Origin: a cyanobacterium endosymbiont of Braarudosphaera bigelowii
GTDB lineage: Bacteria > Cyanobacteriota > Cyanobacteriia > Cyanobacteriales > Microcystaceae
Assembly (NCBI RefSeq): GCF_020885515.1
Contig: NZ_AP024987.1
Coordinates: 1,290,001-1,322,000, forward strand
Reading direction: 5' to 3'
Length of the DNA: 32,000 bases
Made by a program: the position numbers and the translations under genes
Notes under the pieces: generated by a model
Database searches by the model: none
The model's input: only the letters and a program-made list of their open reading frames with translations
Told to the model about the DNA's origin: nothing
Shown: in pieces, positions 1 to 9,334 of the stretch
How the letters are laid out: every line of letters begins with the position of its first letter
Position numbering within the stretch: the stretch's first letter is position 1

Positions 1-1385
1 ATGCTGCGTTCGATTTTTTAGTAAGTATTGGGTGGTGGAGCCCAAATGAAAACTTATTCTTAAAGCGTAGCTCTTATCCTATTAATTTTCCCAAAAAGGT
101 ACTAGACGTGGTTTCTTTTTCTTTGCAAGACCTATCCCTCAACACTGATAATGAACGCATGGACTTAACTCATCTAAAAGTCTACACTATAGATGATGAA
201 AGTACTGAAGAAATTGACGATGGTCTAAGTATAGAATTTTTAGAAGATAATACTATTAAACTATGGATACACATAGCAGATCCTACTCATTTAGTTAATC
301 CAGGAGACGAACTTGATTTAGAAGCAAGGAAACGAAGTACAACCTTGTATCTACCTACAGGAATAATCTCTATGTTTCCGACAGAATTAGCTACTGGACC
401 TATGAGCTTAAGGCAAGGTCAGTTGTGTCCTTCGCTGAGTTTTGGGGTAATTTTGAATGAGGATGGTGCCGTTCTTGATTACTCTATTCATACTAGTATT
501 ATCAAGCCTACTTATCGTTTAACTTATAACGATGTTAATGAAATTTTGCAATTAGGCATAACTGCTGAATCAGAATTGGCTATTTTAGCTAAAGCAGCAA
601 AACAACGATGTTGCTGGAGGAAATCTCAAGGATCAATTACCATTAAAATGCCAGAGGCATCTATTAAGGTTAAATCTGAAGATGAAATTGTAATTGATTT
701 ATTGGAAACATCTGTTTCTCGTCAATTGGTAGCAGAAATGATGATCCTCGCTGGTGAAGTAGCTGGAGATTATTGTCAAAAAAATAGTATTCCTGTTCCT
801 TTTAGAGGACAGCCTCAGCCAGACTTACCTTCCGAGGAAGAACTGCTATTATTACCTGCTGGACCAGTTAGATCATGTGCCTTACGCAGTTGCATGCCTA
901 AAGGGGAAATGGCAACCATTCCAAATCGTCACTCAAGTTTAGGCTTAAATTATTACACTCAAGTAACATCTCCAATACGGCGCTATACAGACTTATTAAC
1001 TCATTTCCAAATCAAAGCTCATCTTCGTAATCAGTCATTGCCATTCACATTAGATGTGATGCAAAACATCTTATATAGTGTAACTCTTTCGGCACAAGAG
1101 GCATCATTTGTAGAAAGACAAACTAACAGATATTGGGGCTTAGAATTTCTACGACGCAATGCTGATCAGGTCTGGCAAGGTTTAGTACTACGCTGGTTAC
1201 GGGAAGATGAAGGATTAGGAATAATTTTATTAGAGGAATTAGGCTTAGAGCTGCCTCATCATTTTGGACGCTCAGTTCGATTAGGTGATCGAATTAATGT
1301 TCAAGTTAGTCGTTCTGATCCACACCGAGACGAAATCCGTTTTCGTGAAGTGCTAAAGGATAAAATTGAAACGCAAAAAATTTAA
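1..1385 (+). CDS. RNB-domain exoribonuclease (RNase II/VacB family), 5' end outside window
   Basis: The frame is open from position 3 through the listed 108 start (AAFDFLVSIGWWSPNENLFLKRSSYPINFPKKVLDVVSF...), so 108 is probably internal. RNB signatures: VYTIDDESTEEIDDGLSIE, LWIHIADPTHLV, TSPIRRYTDL. Confidence 0.9.
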   Translation, partial: AAFDFLVSIGWWSPNENLFLKRSSYPINFPKKVLDVVSFSLQDLSLNTDNERMDLTHLKVYTIDDESTEEIDDGLSIEFLEDNTIKLWIHIADPTHLVNPGDELDLEARKRSTTLYLPTGIISMFPTELATGPMSLRQGQLCPSLSFGVILNEDGAVLDYSIHTSIIKPTYRLTYNDVNEILQLGITAESELAILAKAAKQRCCWRKSQGSITIKMPEASIKVKSEDEIVIDLLETSVSRQLVAEMMILAGEVAGDYCQKNSIPVPFRGQPQPDLPSEEELLLLPAGPVRSCALRSCMPKGEMATIPNRHSSLGLNYYTQVTSPIRRYTDLLTHFQIKAHLRNQSLPFTLDVMQNILYSVTLSAQEASFVERQTNRYWGLEFLRRNADQVWQGLVLRWLREDEGLGIILLEELGLELPHHFGRSVRLGDRINVQVSRSDPHRDEIRFREVLKDKIETQKI

Positions 1386-1551
1386 GATTATAAGATCAGA
1401 GTTAATCAAAAGTAAATATTTTTTCTGAATAAATTAATAAAAACAAATTTTAAAGAGAAGTTGTTCTAAAAGTAGAATCCTAAAATTTAATATTTTTACT
1501 AACAAATATGAATAGAAGTTAGATTAGATGAGAATATTTATTTTTTTTAAT

Positions 1552-1598
1552 AAAGAAGAAGTCCAAGACTTTCCATGTTTCGTCTTGGCTTCTTCTTT
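1552..1598. terminator. Strong inverted repeat, candidate bidirectional terminator between convergent genes
   Basis: Left arm AAAGAAGAAG-t-CCAAGAC (1552-1569) and right arm GTCTTGG-CTTCTTCTTT (1582-1598) form 17 bp with one bulged T and a 12-nt loop. It is preceded by TTTTTTTTAAT and followed by TAGTTT. Confidence 0.7.
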
Positions 1599-1698
1599 TA
1601 GTTTACTCTTCACACCATCTATTAGTGTATATGAAAAATTTGCTCTTAAAGTATTATTTAAGTCTTTTTTAATTTTAGAGGTAAGTATAAAATGTATT

Positions 1699-2646
1699 TC
1701 AAGGTTTATTGAAACATACCTTTTGCAATAAACCTTGTGTAATAACTATTAGACCTAGCCTTGCTTGAGATTTTTCTATACTTTTTGATTTTTTAAAAGG
1801 AAAAATACGACAAGAACGTTCAAACTCTAATAGATAATAGCTAAGTATTAATGTTTGCTTGATATTATCTTTTTCAGACTTATTCACTTGAGAATCTAAT
1901 ACTGTGAAAATTTGGGAAATTAACTGTCTTTCTGTATAAGAATTTAATAGCAGTTGTTTAAGCTCTATATCATATGAAAAAATATAATCCTTATTCTTAA
2001 AAGTCTTTTGGTGATTTAAAAAATCAATGTTTGATCCTGTTATTATGCCTTGCTCTTTTGCTAAATCTAGCAAATCACAAGAACGTGCATAGGCATATTG
2101 GACAATCTGTAGAGAGTCATATAACTTATTACTATAAATAGTACAATATGTTGATATTTGAGAAATATATTGATGTCGCAACCATAAAAATAAACATTTA
2201 TCATCTAGTATAAATTCTAGCCAGCCTGGCTTAATTAATTTAAAAGTAAAACTCATATATCGTATATTCGAATTATATTCTATGTTTCCTTGTCTATCTT
2301 CCACTGAAAAACAGGAACAATTTTGTTTTATCCATTCAAAAATTTCCTCAGCTAATATTATTGCTGGATAGGATGATCTACTAGCTAACTGGAAAGCAAT
2401 AGTGCAACGATAGGTAACTGAATGAGAATAGGATATAAGAGAATAGTTTAAACGATTGATAGGAATAGAGTTTTGCGAGCAAATAAAGTCGACATCTTTA
2501 ACCTTCCCAAGTTTCGTTAATTGGGAATATACATATAATTTAAGTTGCTCCTCAATTGAAATCTTAGTCTGCTTGATAAGTATAGGATAAATAACTCTTA
2601 TAATTTTATCATTTTTCATATATTTTATAAGGTAACTAATAATCAT
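1699..2646 (-). CDS. DALR anticodon-binding-domain protein, ArgRS-like but without a visible catalytic core
   Basis: C-terminal half resembles the ArgRS DALR domain (LQIVQYAYARSCDLL ... LILSYYLLEFERSCRIFPF ... ARLGLIVITQGLLQ). N-terminal part resembles the ArgRS N-terminal add-on domain. No HIGH or KMSK motif. Start may be the internal Met of MKNDKII. Confidence 0.75.
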   Translation of the reverse strand: MIISYLIKYMKNDKIIRVIYPILIKQTKISIEEQLKLYVYSQLTKLGKVKDVDFICSQNSIPINRLNYSLISYSHSVTYRCTIAFQLASRSSYPAIILAEEIFEWIKQNCSCFSVEDRQGNIEYNSNIRYMSFTFKLIKPGWLEFILDDKCLFLWLRHQYISQISTYCTIYSNKLYDSLQIVQYAYARSCDLLDLAKEQGIITGSNIDFLNHQKTFKNKDYIFSYDIELKQLLLNSYTERQLISQIFTVLDSQVNKSEKDNIKQTLILSYYLLEFERSCRIFPFKKSKSIEKSQARLGLIVITQGLLQKVCFNKP

Positions 2647-2887
2647 AAAAAATTAAAATTCATATTTTTTATGACTATCAAATGATGTCTATTTATATTA
2701 AAAATTTATTTCTTTACTTAGAAACAGTAATATGCAGTTATGCTATAGTAGATGTTGTAAACTTATTATGTGGCTAAAGCTAACTATAACAGTTTAGCAC
2801 TTTGTGAATATTCTCCAAGCACAAAATCTATTAGCCAAACTGGTAACTGTTCTGAGAAATAATTATTTAATAGGAGACTTTCATCTG

Positions 2888-3031
2888 ATGGATTACCTAA
2901 AAGAAATTATAGAAAAGCTTAAAGAATTAGCACAAAAATTAATTGAAACAGTTCTAGGACCGAATAAAGAACCAGAAGTAGAACTTATACCTATACCAGT
3001 TGATGATCCACAAGATTATTATGGTAATTGA
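2888..3031 (+). CDS. Small conserved-type hypothetical protein (47 aa) upstream of aroQ
   Basis: In-frame ATG at 2888 (MDYLKEIIEKLKELAQKLIETVLGPNKEPEVELIPIPVDDPQDYYGN) with TAGGAG upstream. More plausible than the listed GTG at 2804. The stop overlaps the aroQ start. Confidence 0.5.
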   Translation: MDYLKEIIEKLKELAQKLIETVLGPNKEPEVELIPIPVDDPQDYYGN

Positions 3032-3479
3032 TAACTCAAAAAGAATTAGTATACTAATACTCCATGGACCCAATTTAAACTTGTTGGGAAAACGTGAGTC
3101 TAAAATTTATGGTTCTATTTCTTTAAAAGAAGTTAATATTTTATTAAACAAAAAAGCTTTGGCTTTAAGAATTAGAATATCGATAGTTCAGTCTAACCAC
3201 GAGGGCACTATTGTTGAGTTAATTCATCAGTCTTTGGGACAACACCAGGGGATATTAATTAATGCTGGAGCATATACACATACTAGCTTAGCTATAGCTG
3301 ATGCTTGTCTCGCTGTTGAAATTCCAGTAGTAGAAGTACATTTGAGTAATATATATAAAAGAGAACATATACGTCATTACTCTCATATTGCTCCTATTTC
3401 TATTGGACAAATAACTGGATTTGGTGTTAACAGTTACTTATTAGGCTTAGAGGCTCTGTATGATTATCTTTGTCAATAG
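3021..3479 (+). CDS. aroQ: 3-dehydroquinate dehydratase, type II
   Basis: LILHGPNLNLLGKRE, SNHEGTIVELIHQ, INAGAYTHTSLAIADA, VEVHLSNIYKRE are type II dehydroquinase signatures. ATG at 3021 is preferred over the listed TTG at 3000. Confidence 0.93.
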   Translation: MVIDNSKRISILILHGPNLNLLGKRESKIYGSISLKEVNILLNKKALALRIRISIVQSNHEGTIVELIHQSLGQHQGILINAGAYTHTSLAIADACLAVEIPVVEVHLSNIYKREHIRHYSHIAPISIGQITGFGVNSYLLGLEALYDYLCQ

Positions 3480-3613
3480 TTTTTTATTAAGGCTCACCAT
3501 CGATGTATAAAATAAAACCTATCATACATTTTTGAAAATCGTCAAAAAATAACTCTAATAATTATTCAGAATGTCATGTTATTTCTAACATTTTTTCGTA
3601 AATAGTTCTAATC

Positions 3614-3654
3614 TATAAGCTATTCCAATAATTTTGAAATTAGAGTAGCTTATA
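3614..3654. terminator. Hairpin between convergent aroQ and thrS, candidate bidirectional terminator
   Basis: TATAAGCTATTC (3614-3625) pairs with GAGTAGCTTATA (3643-3654): 12 bp including one G-U, 17-nt loop. Confidence 0.45.
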
Positions 3655-3694
3655 TTCTAGAATTATCTAAATAGTCAAGCAACGACTCCTTAGA

Positions 3695-5521
3695 TTAGAA
3701 ATTATCATGATTAGAAATAGTTTCTAATATATTCTTTATGAGATCATCAGTAGTAATTAGACCTAATTCTCCCGATTTTCTAGTTCGAATATTTAAAGAA
3801 TTGGCTTCCATTTCTTTTGAACCTATTATTGCCATAACAGGAATCTTTTGTTTTTCTCCTCTTCGAATCATTTTTCCAAGTCTTTCCCCTGAAGTATCAA
3901 CTTCTGCCCTAATTTTTGACGCAAGCATGATTTTCATTACACTTTTAGCATAATCAAGATATATATCACTTACAGGTAAAATACGTAATTGAACTGGGGA
4001 TAGCCATAGAGGAAAGTCACCAGCATATTCTTCAATTAGAATGCCAATTAAACGTTCTAAAGATCCAAAGGGAGCTCGATGAATCATGATAGGTCTATGC
4101 TTATCACCTTCTTCTCCTACATATTCTAAATTAAACCTTTCAGGTAAATTATAATCAACCTGTACAGTTCCTAATTGCCATTCTCTATCCAGAGCATCTT
4201 GGAAAATAAAATCTAGCTTTGGACCATAAAATGCTGCCTCTCCTTTTGCTTCAAAATAATCAATATTCAACATTTTAACTGCACGATAAATAGCATTTTG
4301 TGACTTTTCCCAGACTTCATCACTCCCAATATATTTATCAGAATTAGAATCGCGGAAACTTAATCTTGCTTTAAATTTTTTGAGCTGCAAACTTTCAAAG
4401 ACTGAAAGGATTAAATTTACAACATCAAGAAATTCATCATCTAATTGATCAGGTTTAACAAATAAATGAGAATCATCAACTGTGAAACCCCTTACACGAG
4501 TTAATCCACCTAATTCACCTGATTTTTCATAACGATAAACAGTGCCAAATTCTGCTAATCGTACAGGTAAGTCACGATAAGATCTTAGTTCACTTTTATA
4601 AATTTGAATATGGAAAGGACAATTCATAGGTTTTAAAACGAACCCTATTTCTTCATTTTTGGCATCCTCACTATCACTCATTAAGGGAAACATGTCTTCC
4701 TTATAGTTCTGCCAATGACCAGAAGTTTTAAATAGGTCTACTTTACCAATATGAGGAGTTACTACTGGAAGATATCCTCGTTTTAACTGTTCTTCTTTTA
4801 AAAAACTTTCTAAAACAGATCTAACTATAGTTCCTTTTGGAGTCCATAGTGGTAAACCAGGCCCTACAGAGTTTGAAAAAATAAACAAACCTAACTCTTT
4901 ACCTAATTTCCGGTGATCTCTTTTTAAAGCTTCTTCTTTACGTTTTTTATACTCTGCTAATTGTTCAGGGTTTTCCCAAGCAGTTCCATAGATACGTTGT
5001 AATTGTATTCTAGTCTCATCTCCTCTCCAGTATGCTCCAGCTACTGACTCTATATCAAATGCTTTAGGATGTAAATCTCCAGTATTTTCTAGATGAGGAC
5101 CACTACATAGATCCCACCACTGTTTCCCTAAATGATATAGCGTAATAGGTGCCTGAATATTTTCAAGAATTTCTAATTTGTAAGGTTCCTGAACTTTACT
5201 AATACGTTCTCTAGCCTCTTCTAATGTAATTTCTTCTTTTATGACTGGAAGTTTAGATTTGATAATCTTAACCATTTCTTTTTTAATACTTTTTAAATCT
5301 TGGTCTGAAAAAGGTTTAGAAATATCGAAATCATAATAAAATCCTGTTTCTGTCCAAGGTCCGATTGTAACTTTTGCTTCAGGGAAAAGTTTTTGCACAG
5401 CCATAGCCATGATATGGGAGGCAGTATGGCGGATGCATTTTAGTTTATAAGATTCACTAGTACGGAGTAGCTTTATAGGTTGCTGCTCAGATACTTCAAT
5501 TAATGTAGACTGTTTAACCAT
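3695..5521 (-). CDS. thrS: Threonyl-tRNA synthetase
   Basis: IRHTASHIMAMAVQKLFP (editing-domain HxxxH), LPLWTPKGTIVRSVLESFLKEEQLKRGYLPVVTPHI, MNCPFHIQIYKSELRSYRDLPVRLAEFGTVYRYEKSGEL, MIHRAPFGSLERLIGILIEEYAGDFPLWLSPVQLRILP. No N-terminal TGS domain. Confidence 0.97.
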   Translation of the reverse strand: MVKQSTLIEVSEQQPIKLLRTSESYKLKCIRHTASHIMAMAVQKLFPEAKVTIGPWTETGFYYDFDISKPFSDQDLKSIKKEMVKIIKSKLPVIKEEITLEEARERISKVQEPYKLEILENIQAPITLYHLGKQWWDLCSGPHLENTGDLHPKAFDIESVAGAYWRGDETRIQLQRIYGTAWENPEQLAEYKKRKEEALKRDHRKLGKELGLFIFSNSVGPGLPLWTPKGTIVRSVLESFLKEEQLKRGYLPVVTPHIGKVDLFKTSGHWQNYKEDMFPLMSDSEDAKNEEIGFVLKPMNCPFHIQIYKSELRSYRDLPVRLAEFGTVYRYEKSGELGGLTRVRGFTVDDSHLFVKPDQLDDEFLDVVNLILSVFESLQLKKFKARLSFRDSNSDKYIGSDEVWEKSQNAIYRAVKMLNIDYFEAKGEAAFYGPKLDFIFQDALDREWQLGTVQVDYNLPERFNLEYVGEEGDKHRPIMIHRAPFGSLERLIGILIEEYAGDFPLWLSPVQLRILPVSDIYLDYAKSVMKIMLASKIRAEVDTSGERLGKMIRRGEKQKIPVMAIIGSKEMEANSLNIRTRKSGELGLITTDDLIKNILETISNHDNF

Positions 5522-5724
5522 TCACACCTATTTTCTATAATTTTTTGTTTAGTTTATTATGTACAGAGGAGTAAAGAAAAGATTATGACACTATTGATAT
5601 AGTAATTCACTATAGTTTAAGTATAAAAATCTATTTTTTCTAAAAATAGAAATTTTTTATACTTTATGCCGTAAAATCAGCTATTCTAGCAGGGAGAGTT
5701 TTTATAATTAAAATTATACTATCC

Positions 5725-7008
5725 GTGTTAGACCTTAAAAAAATACGAGAAAATCCAGAAGTCATACAAACGTTACTTAATAGTCGTGAGCCTTATCCAA
5801 AATATGATCTTAAGCCTATTTTAAATTATGACAAACGACAAAGGGAATTAGAAGTCCTTTGTACCGAATTACAAACGAAAAGTAATGAAATTAGTAAATT
5901 AATTGGACAAAAAATAAAAAATGGCTTGGATCCAACAGTAGAAGAAATTAGTAACCTTAGAGAAGAGGGGAATAGTTTAAAAAAGAAACTTTTTGAATTA
6001 GAACCCGAAGAAAAAAAAGTAAAAGAAAAACTTGAAAATTTACTATCACAACTTCCCAACTTACCTATTTCTTCTACACCTGTTGGAAAAAATGAGACAG
6101 AGAATGTAGAGGTGAGATCTTGGGGAGAAGAGTATCTACCAAAAATACAAGTATTACCTCATTGGGAAATTGCTGAGAATCTTGGTATTCTAGAAGTGGA
6201 AAAAGCTGTCAAGATAGCGAAAAGCCGTTTTGTGGCGCTATTTGGAGCAGGAGCAGCTTTAGAAAGAGCTTTAATAAGTTTTATGCTTGATCAACATATA
6301 GCTTCAGGCTATCTAGAAGTTATGCCTCCTATCTTAGTTAATAGTAATGCTTTAAGAGGAACAGGGCAGTTGCCAAAATTTGCCGAAGAAAGCTTTTTTT
6401 GTCATGATGATGATTTGTGGTTATCACCTACTGCAGAAGTTCCTCTAATGAACCTTTATAGTAATGAAATTTTAGAAAAAGAAAAATTATCTATTAGGCA
6501 TTGTGCTTTCACTCCTTGCTTTCGTAGAGAAGCAGGAAGTTATGGAAAAGATACAAGAGGACTAATTCGACTTCATCAATTTAATAAAGTTGAATTAGTA
6601 AAAATTGTTCATCCCGAAGATTCAGAGATGGAACACCAACAATTAGTGAAAGATGTAGAGGCCATTTTACAGGCTTTAAAACTTCCATATCGAGTTTTAG
6701 AGCTATGCACAGGAGATTTAGGCTTTGGTGCAGCAAAATGCTATGATTTAGAAGTATGGCTACCTTCATCTGATTCTTATAGAGAAATATCAAGTTGCTC
6801 TAATTGTTGGGATTTTCAGGCAAGACGAGCTAATATACGTTTTAAGGAAAAAGGCAAAAAAGGAACTATGTATGTGCATTCTCTAAATGGCTCAGGACTT
6901 GCAGTGGGAAGAACTATGGCAGCTATTTTAGAGAACTATCAACAAGTTGATGGAACTATTAAAGTACCTGATGTTTTACAACCATACTTAAAGAGAGAAA
7001 TTTTATAG
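5725..7008 (+). CDS. serS: Seryl-tRNA synthetase
   Basis: [15 protein letters not shown], coiled-coil arm, [60 protein letters not shown] start. Confidence 0.97.
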   Translation: MLDLKKIRENPEVIQTLLNSREPYPKYDLKPILNYDKRQRELEVLCTELQTKSNEISKLIGQKIKNGLDPTVEEISNLREEGNSLKKKLFELEPEEKKVKEKLENLLSQLPNLPISSTPVGKNETENVEVRSWGEEYLPKIQVLPHWEIAENLGILEVEKAVKIAKSRFVALFGAGAALERALISFMLDQHIASGYLEVMPPILVNSNALRGTGQLPKFAEESFFCHDDDLWLSPTAEVPLMNLYSNEILEKEKLSIRHCAFTPCFRREAGSYGKDTRGLIRLHQFNKVELVKIVHPEDSEMEHQQLVKDVEAILQALKLPYRVLELCTGDLGFGAAKCYDLEVWLPSSDSYREISSCSNCWDFQARRANIRFKEKGKKGTMYVHSLNGSGLAVGRTMAAILENYQQVDGTIKVPDVLQPYLKREIL

Positions 7009-7048
7009 TTACTGATTAGCTCAATGTTATTTTTAAAAGTAACTATAA
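7003..7048. repeat. Perfect 11-bp inverted repeat spanning the serS stop codon, possible terminator or 3' stabiliser
   Basis: TTATAGTTACT (7003-7013) and AGTAACTATAA (7038-7048), 24-nt loop. No long T tract follows. Confidence 0.35.
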
Positions 7049-7378
7049 CAATTAAAGCTCGAGCACTAATTATTTACTAGCTTTTTGAAAAAAATTATTT
7101 TAAAGATAAGCATATAAGCTTTAATCTAGATCCTAAATAAGGTACATATTGGTTTTGGAAGCTATGATACAGAAATTTTTTATAATTTTTCTAAAACAAT
7201 TTCGTCGTGGTTTTTAACTTTTACATTAGCCTAAATATAGGCAATATTTTTATTTAAATTAACTAAGAAAGTAGGGCGAACAATTCCCATATATTCCTTT
7301 CCCATAATTTTTTTCAGCTTTTAAACAGTATACATTTTTGCAACTTTATGATTATAGTCAGATAATAACTCTAGAGAT

Positions 7379-7700
7379 AAATTATGTTTATTAATGAGCT
7401 TAATATGTGATTTTTTAGAATCCGGACTAATACCTGAAACTTCAGCCTATAAAGCTTTAAAAATAGGCATTAATTCTGTTAATTCTTTAGCTTCTTTTGT
7501 ACAAACAGATATATTGTTTTCAGGATAAAAGTATATGATTAGCTATTCTTTAGGTATATTTTGTAAATAGACTTCTTTACTATCTTGATTATCAATTTTA
7601 AGATTAGGCGCAGGACTACCGATATTTAATAAATTATCTATAGGAAAAGATAAGTATATTTACAAACTAAAGGATATCGTATACAAGTATATTTTTTTAC
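7379..7700 (+). pseudogene. Possible eroded coding remnant, PDZ-like fragment, perhaps of an RseP-type metalloprotease
   Basis: Short open stretch at 7382-7528 reads ...ESGLIPETSAYKALKIGINSVNSLASFVQTDILFSG*. It resembles a degraded PDZ segment (xxPxSPAYKAGLxxGDxIxSVN). Call rests on weak resemblance plus position after serS. Confidence 0.22.
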
Positions 7701-7970
7701 AAAAATTTCATCAAAAAATATTTTCTATTATAACTTTTATGAGTAGAAAGGTAACATTCTTATAATCAAAAACTACATATATTGTGATAATTTATTCTAA
7801 ACATTTCTTTTCTAGGCAAAAAAATTAACCTTATTTTCAATTGTATAAAAATTAATTATTATTTAAATACAAGCAATTGATCCGAAAAAATAGATATTAG
7901 TATCTTGATAATCAACTAAAATAAAAATAATTTATAGATATTTTAATAAAAAAACTATCACAAACAAATA

Positions 7971-9245
7971 CTAATAAAGTCTTTTTCTTTGCTTATGCTT
8001 AAAAACTGACTCTACTAATCCTAATGCGATAAAGTTAGTTAGTAAAGCTGATTTTCCGTAACTTAGCCAAGGTAAGGGAATACCTGTAATAGGTGCTAGA
8101 CCTACTGTCATACAAATATTAACAATTACCTGAAAAGAGGTCATTGATAAAACTCCTATAGCTAATAGGGATCCAAAATTTTCTTCTGCTTGAGAGGCAA
8201 TCAAAACATACCTAAAACATATTAACCAAAATATTATCAAAACTACCATAGAACCAATAAAACCAAGTTCTTCACCTACCACTGAAAAAATAAAATCTGT
8301 GTGCTGTTCAGGAACAAAGTCCAATTGAGTTTGAGTTCCGTGAAATAATCCTCTTCCCCACAGCTCTCCAGAACCAATTGCGATACGAGATTGTATTAAT
8401 TGATAGCCTCCGCCTAGAGGATTTTTCTCTGGGTCTAAAAATAAGGTTAGGCGATCTTTTTGATACTCCTTTAATAATCCCCAAAAGATATTACTTAATT
8501 TACCTGCCGCAAAGTTAATACTTATAATTCCTATTGTAGAAATAAAACGGTAAGGCAAAGTAAACCAAGAAATAATACCCATAATTATTGTCCAGCCAAT
8601 CCAAACAATAAAAAAAATATTGAATAAAATAGCTGAAACGATGGGAGATATTAACAAGATCAACCAGCCAGGATGTATATTTGCCCAATAAAGCATTCCT
8701 AATGTAATCGCTGCAAAAACAAGTCCTGTACCTAAGTCAGGTTGAAACATTATTAAGGCCCAAGGGATAAAGGTTATTCCTAAAACACGTAACACCGATA
8801 GAATTTTACTTGCGTCATTTTGATGTAATAGTGCGGCTAAAGTGATTATTAAACCAACCTTTGCAAATTCTGAAGGTTGTATGTTAAACCCTCCAATTTC
8901 GATCCAGCTTTGAGCCCCATTTGCAGTTACTCCAAGAATAATAACCGCTATTAATGAAATATTTGTTATGAAGTAAATTAACCAATGCCATATCATTAAG
9001 TTTTTGTAATTAAATCTAGCTATAAAAAGCATTATGATAAAGCCAACACTTCCTAGTAATAAGTGCTGTAAACAATTAGTAGATGTTTCATTTAGCTCAG
9101 TACTCTTAATAATTAATCCACCTAAACTGGTCAAACTAACTACAAGTATTAATAACAACCAATCAATTTCAAAAAAAAGAGATAACCATGGGACAAAAAA
9201 ACACTTGTTTTTTTTTTGAAAGTTGTATTTCTTGGACCTTAACAT
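7971..9245 (-). CDS. rodA: SEDS-family peptidoglycan glycosyltransferase, rod-shape protein RodA
   Basis: Multi-TM protein with GAQSWIEIGGFNIQPSEFAKVGLI, FQPDLGTGLVFAAI, LIQSRIAIGSGELWGRGLFHGTQTQLDFVPEQHTDFIFSVVGEELGFIGS and TGLPLPWLSYG-like TGIPLPWLSYG. Confidence 0.93.
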   Translation of the reverse strand: MLRSKKYNFQKKNKCFFVPWLSLFFEIDWLLLILVVSLTSLGGLIIKSTELNETSTNCLQHLLLGSVGFIIMLFIARFNYKNLMIWHWLIYFITNISLIAVIILGVTANGAQSWIEIGGFNIQPSEFAKVGLIITLAALLHQNDASKILSVLRVLGITFIPWALIMFQPDLGTGLVFAAITLGMLYWANIHPGWLILLISPIVSAILFNIFFIVWIGWTIIMGIISWFTLPYRFISTIGIISINFAAGKLSNIFWGLLKEYQKDRLTLFLDPEKNPLGGGYQLIQSRIAIGSGELWGRGLFHGTQTQLDFVPEQHTDFIFSVVGEELGFIGSMVVLIIFWLICFRYVLIASQAEENFGSLLAIGVLSMTSFQVIVNICMTVGLAPITGIPLPWLSYGKSALLTNFIALGLVESVFKHKQRKRLY

Positions 9246-9334
9246 AATAATTGTGAAGACTACTTACATAAACAATATATTTCTCTAAGGCAAAAATTTT
9301 AAAGCTTATGTGGTGTAAAGTATTGTTATTTAAT

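Noticed and set aside
1528-1731. 67-aa ORF on + strand
   Set aside because: It contains the strong 1552-1598 hairpin, overlaps the 3' end of the DALR gene and shows no recognisable protein pattern.
3695-5521. Absence of the TGS domain in ThrRS as a novelty
   Set aside because: Cyanobacterial ThrRS proteins of about 600 aa commonly begin near this point, so it appears to be a lineage norm.
3738-6059. Small ORFs 3738-3953 (+) and 5826-6059 (-)
   Set aside because: Antisense shadows of thrS and serS, explained by codon bias of the real genes.
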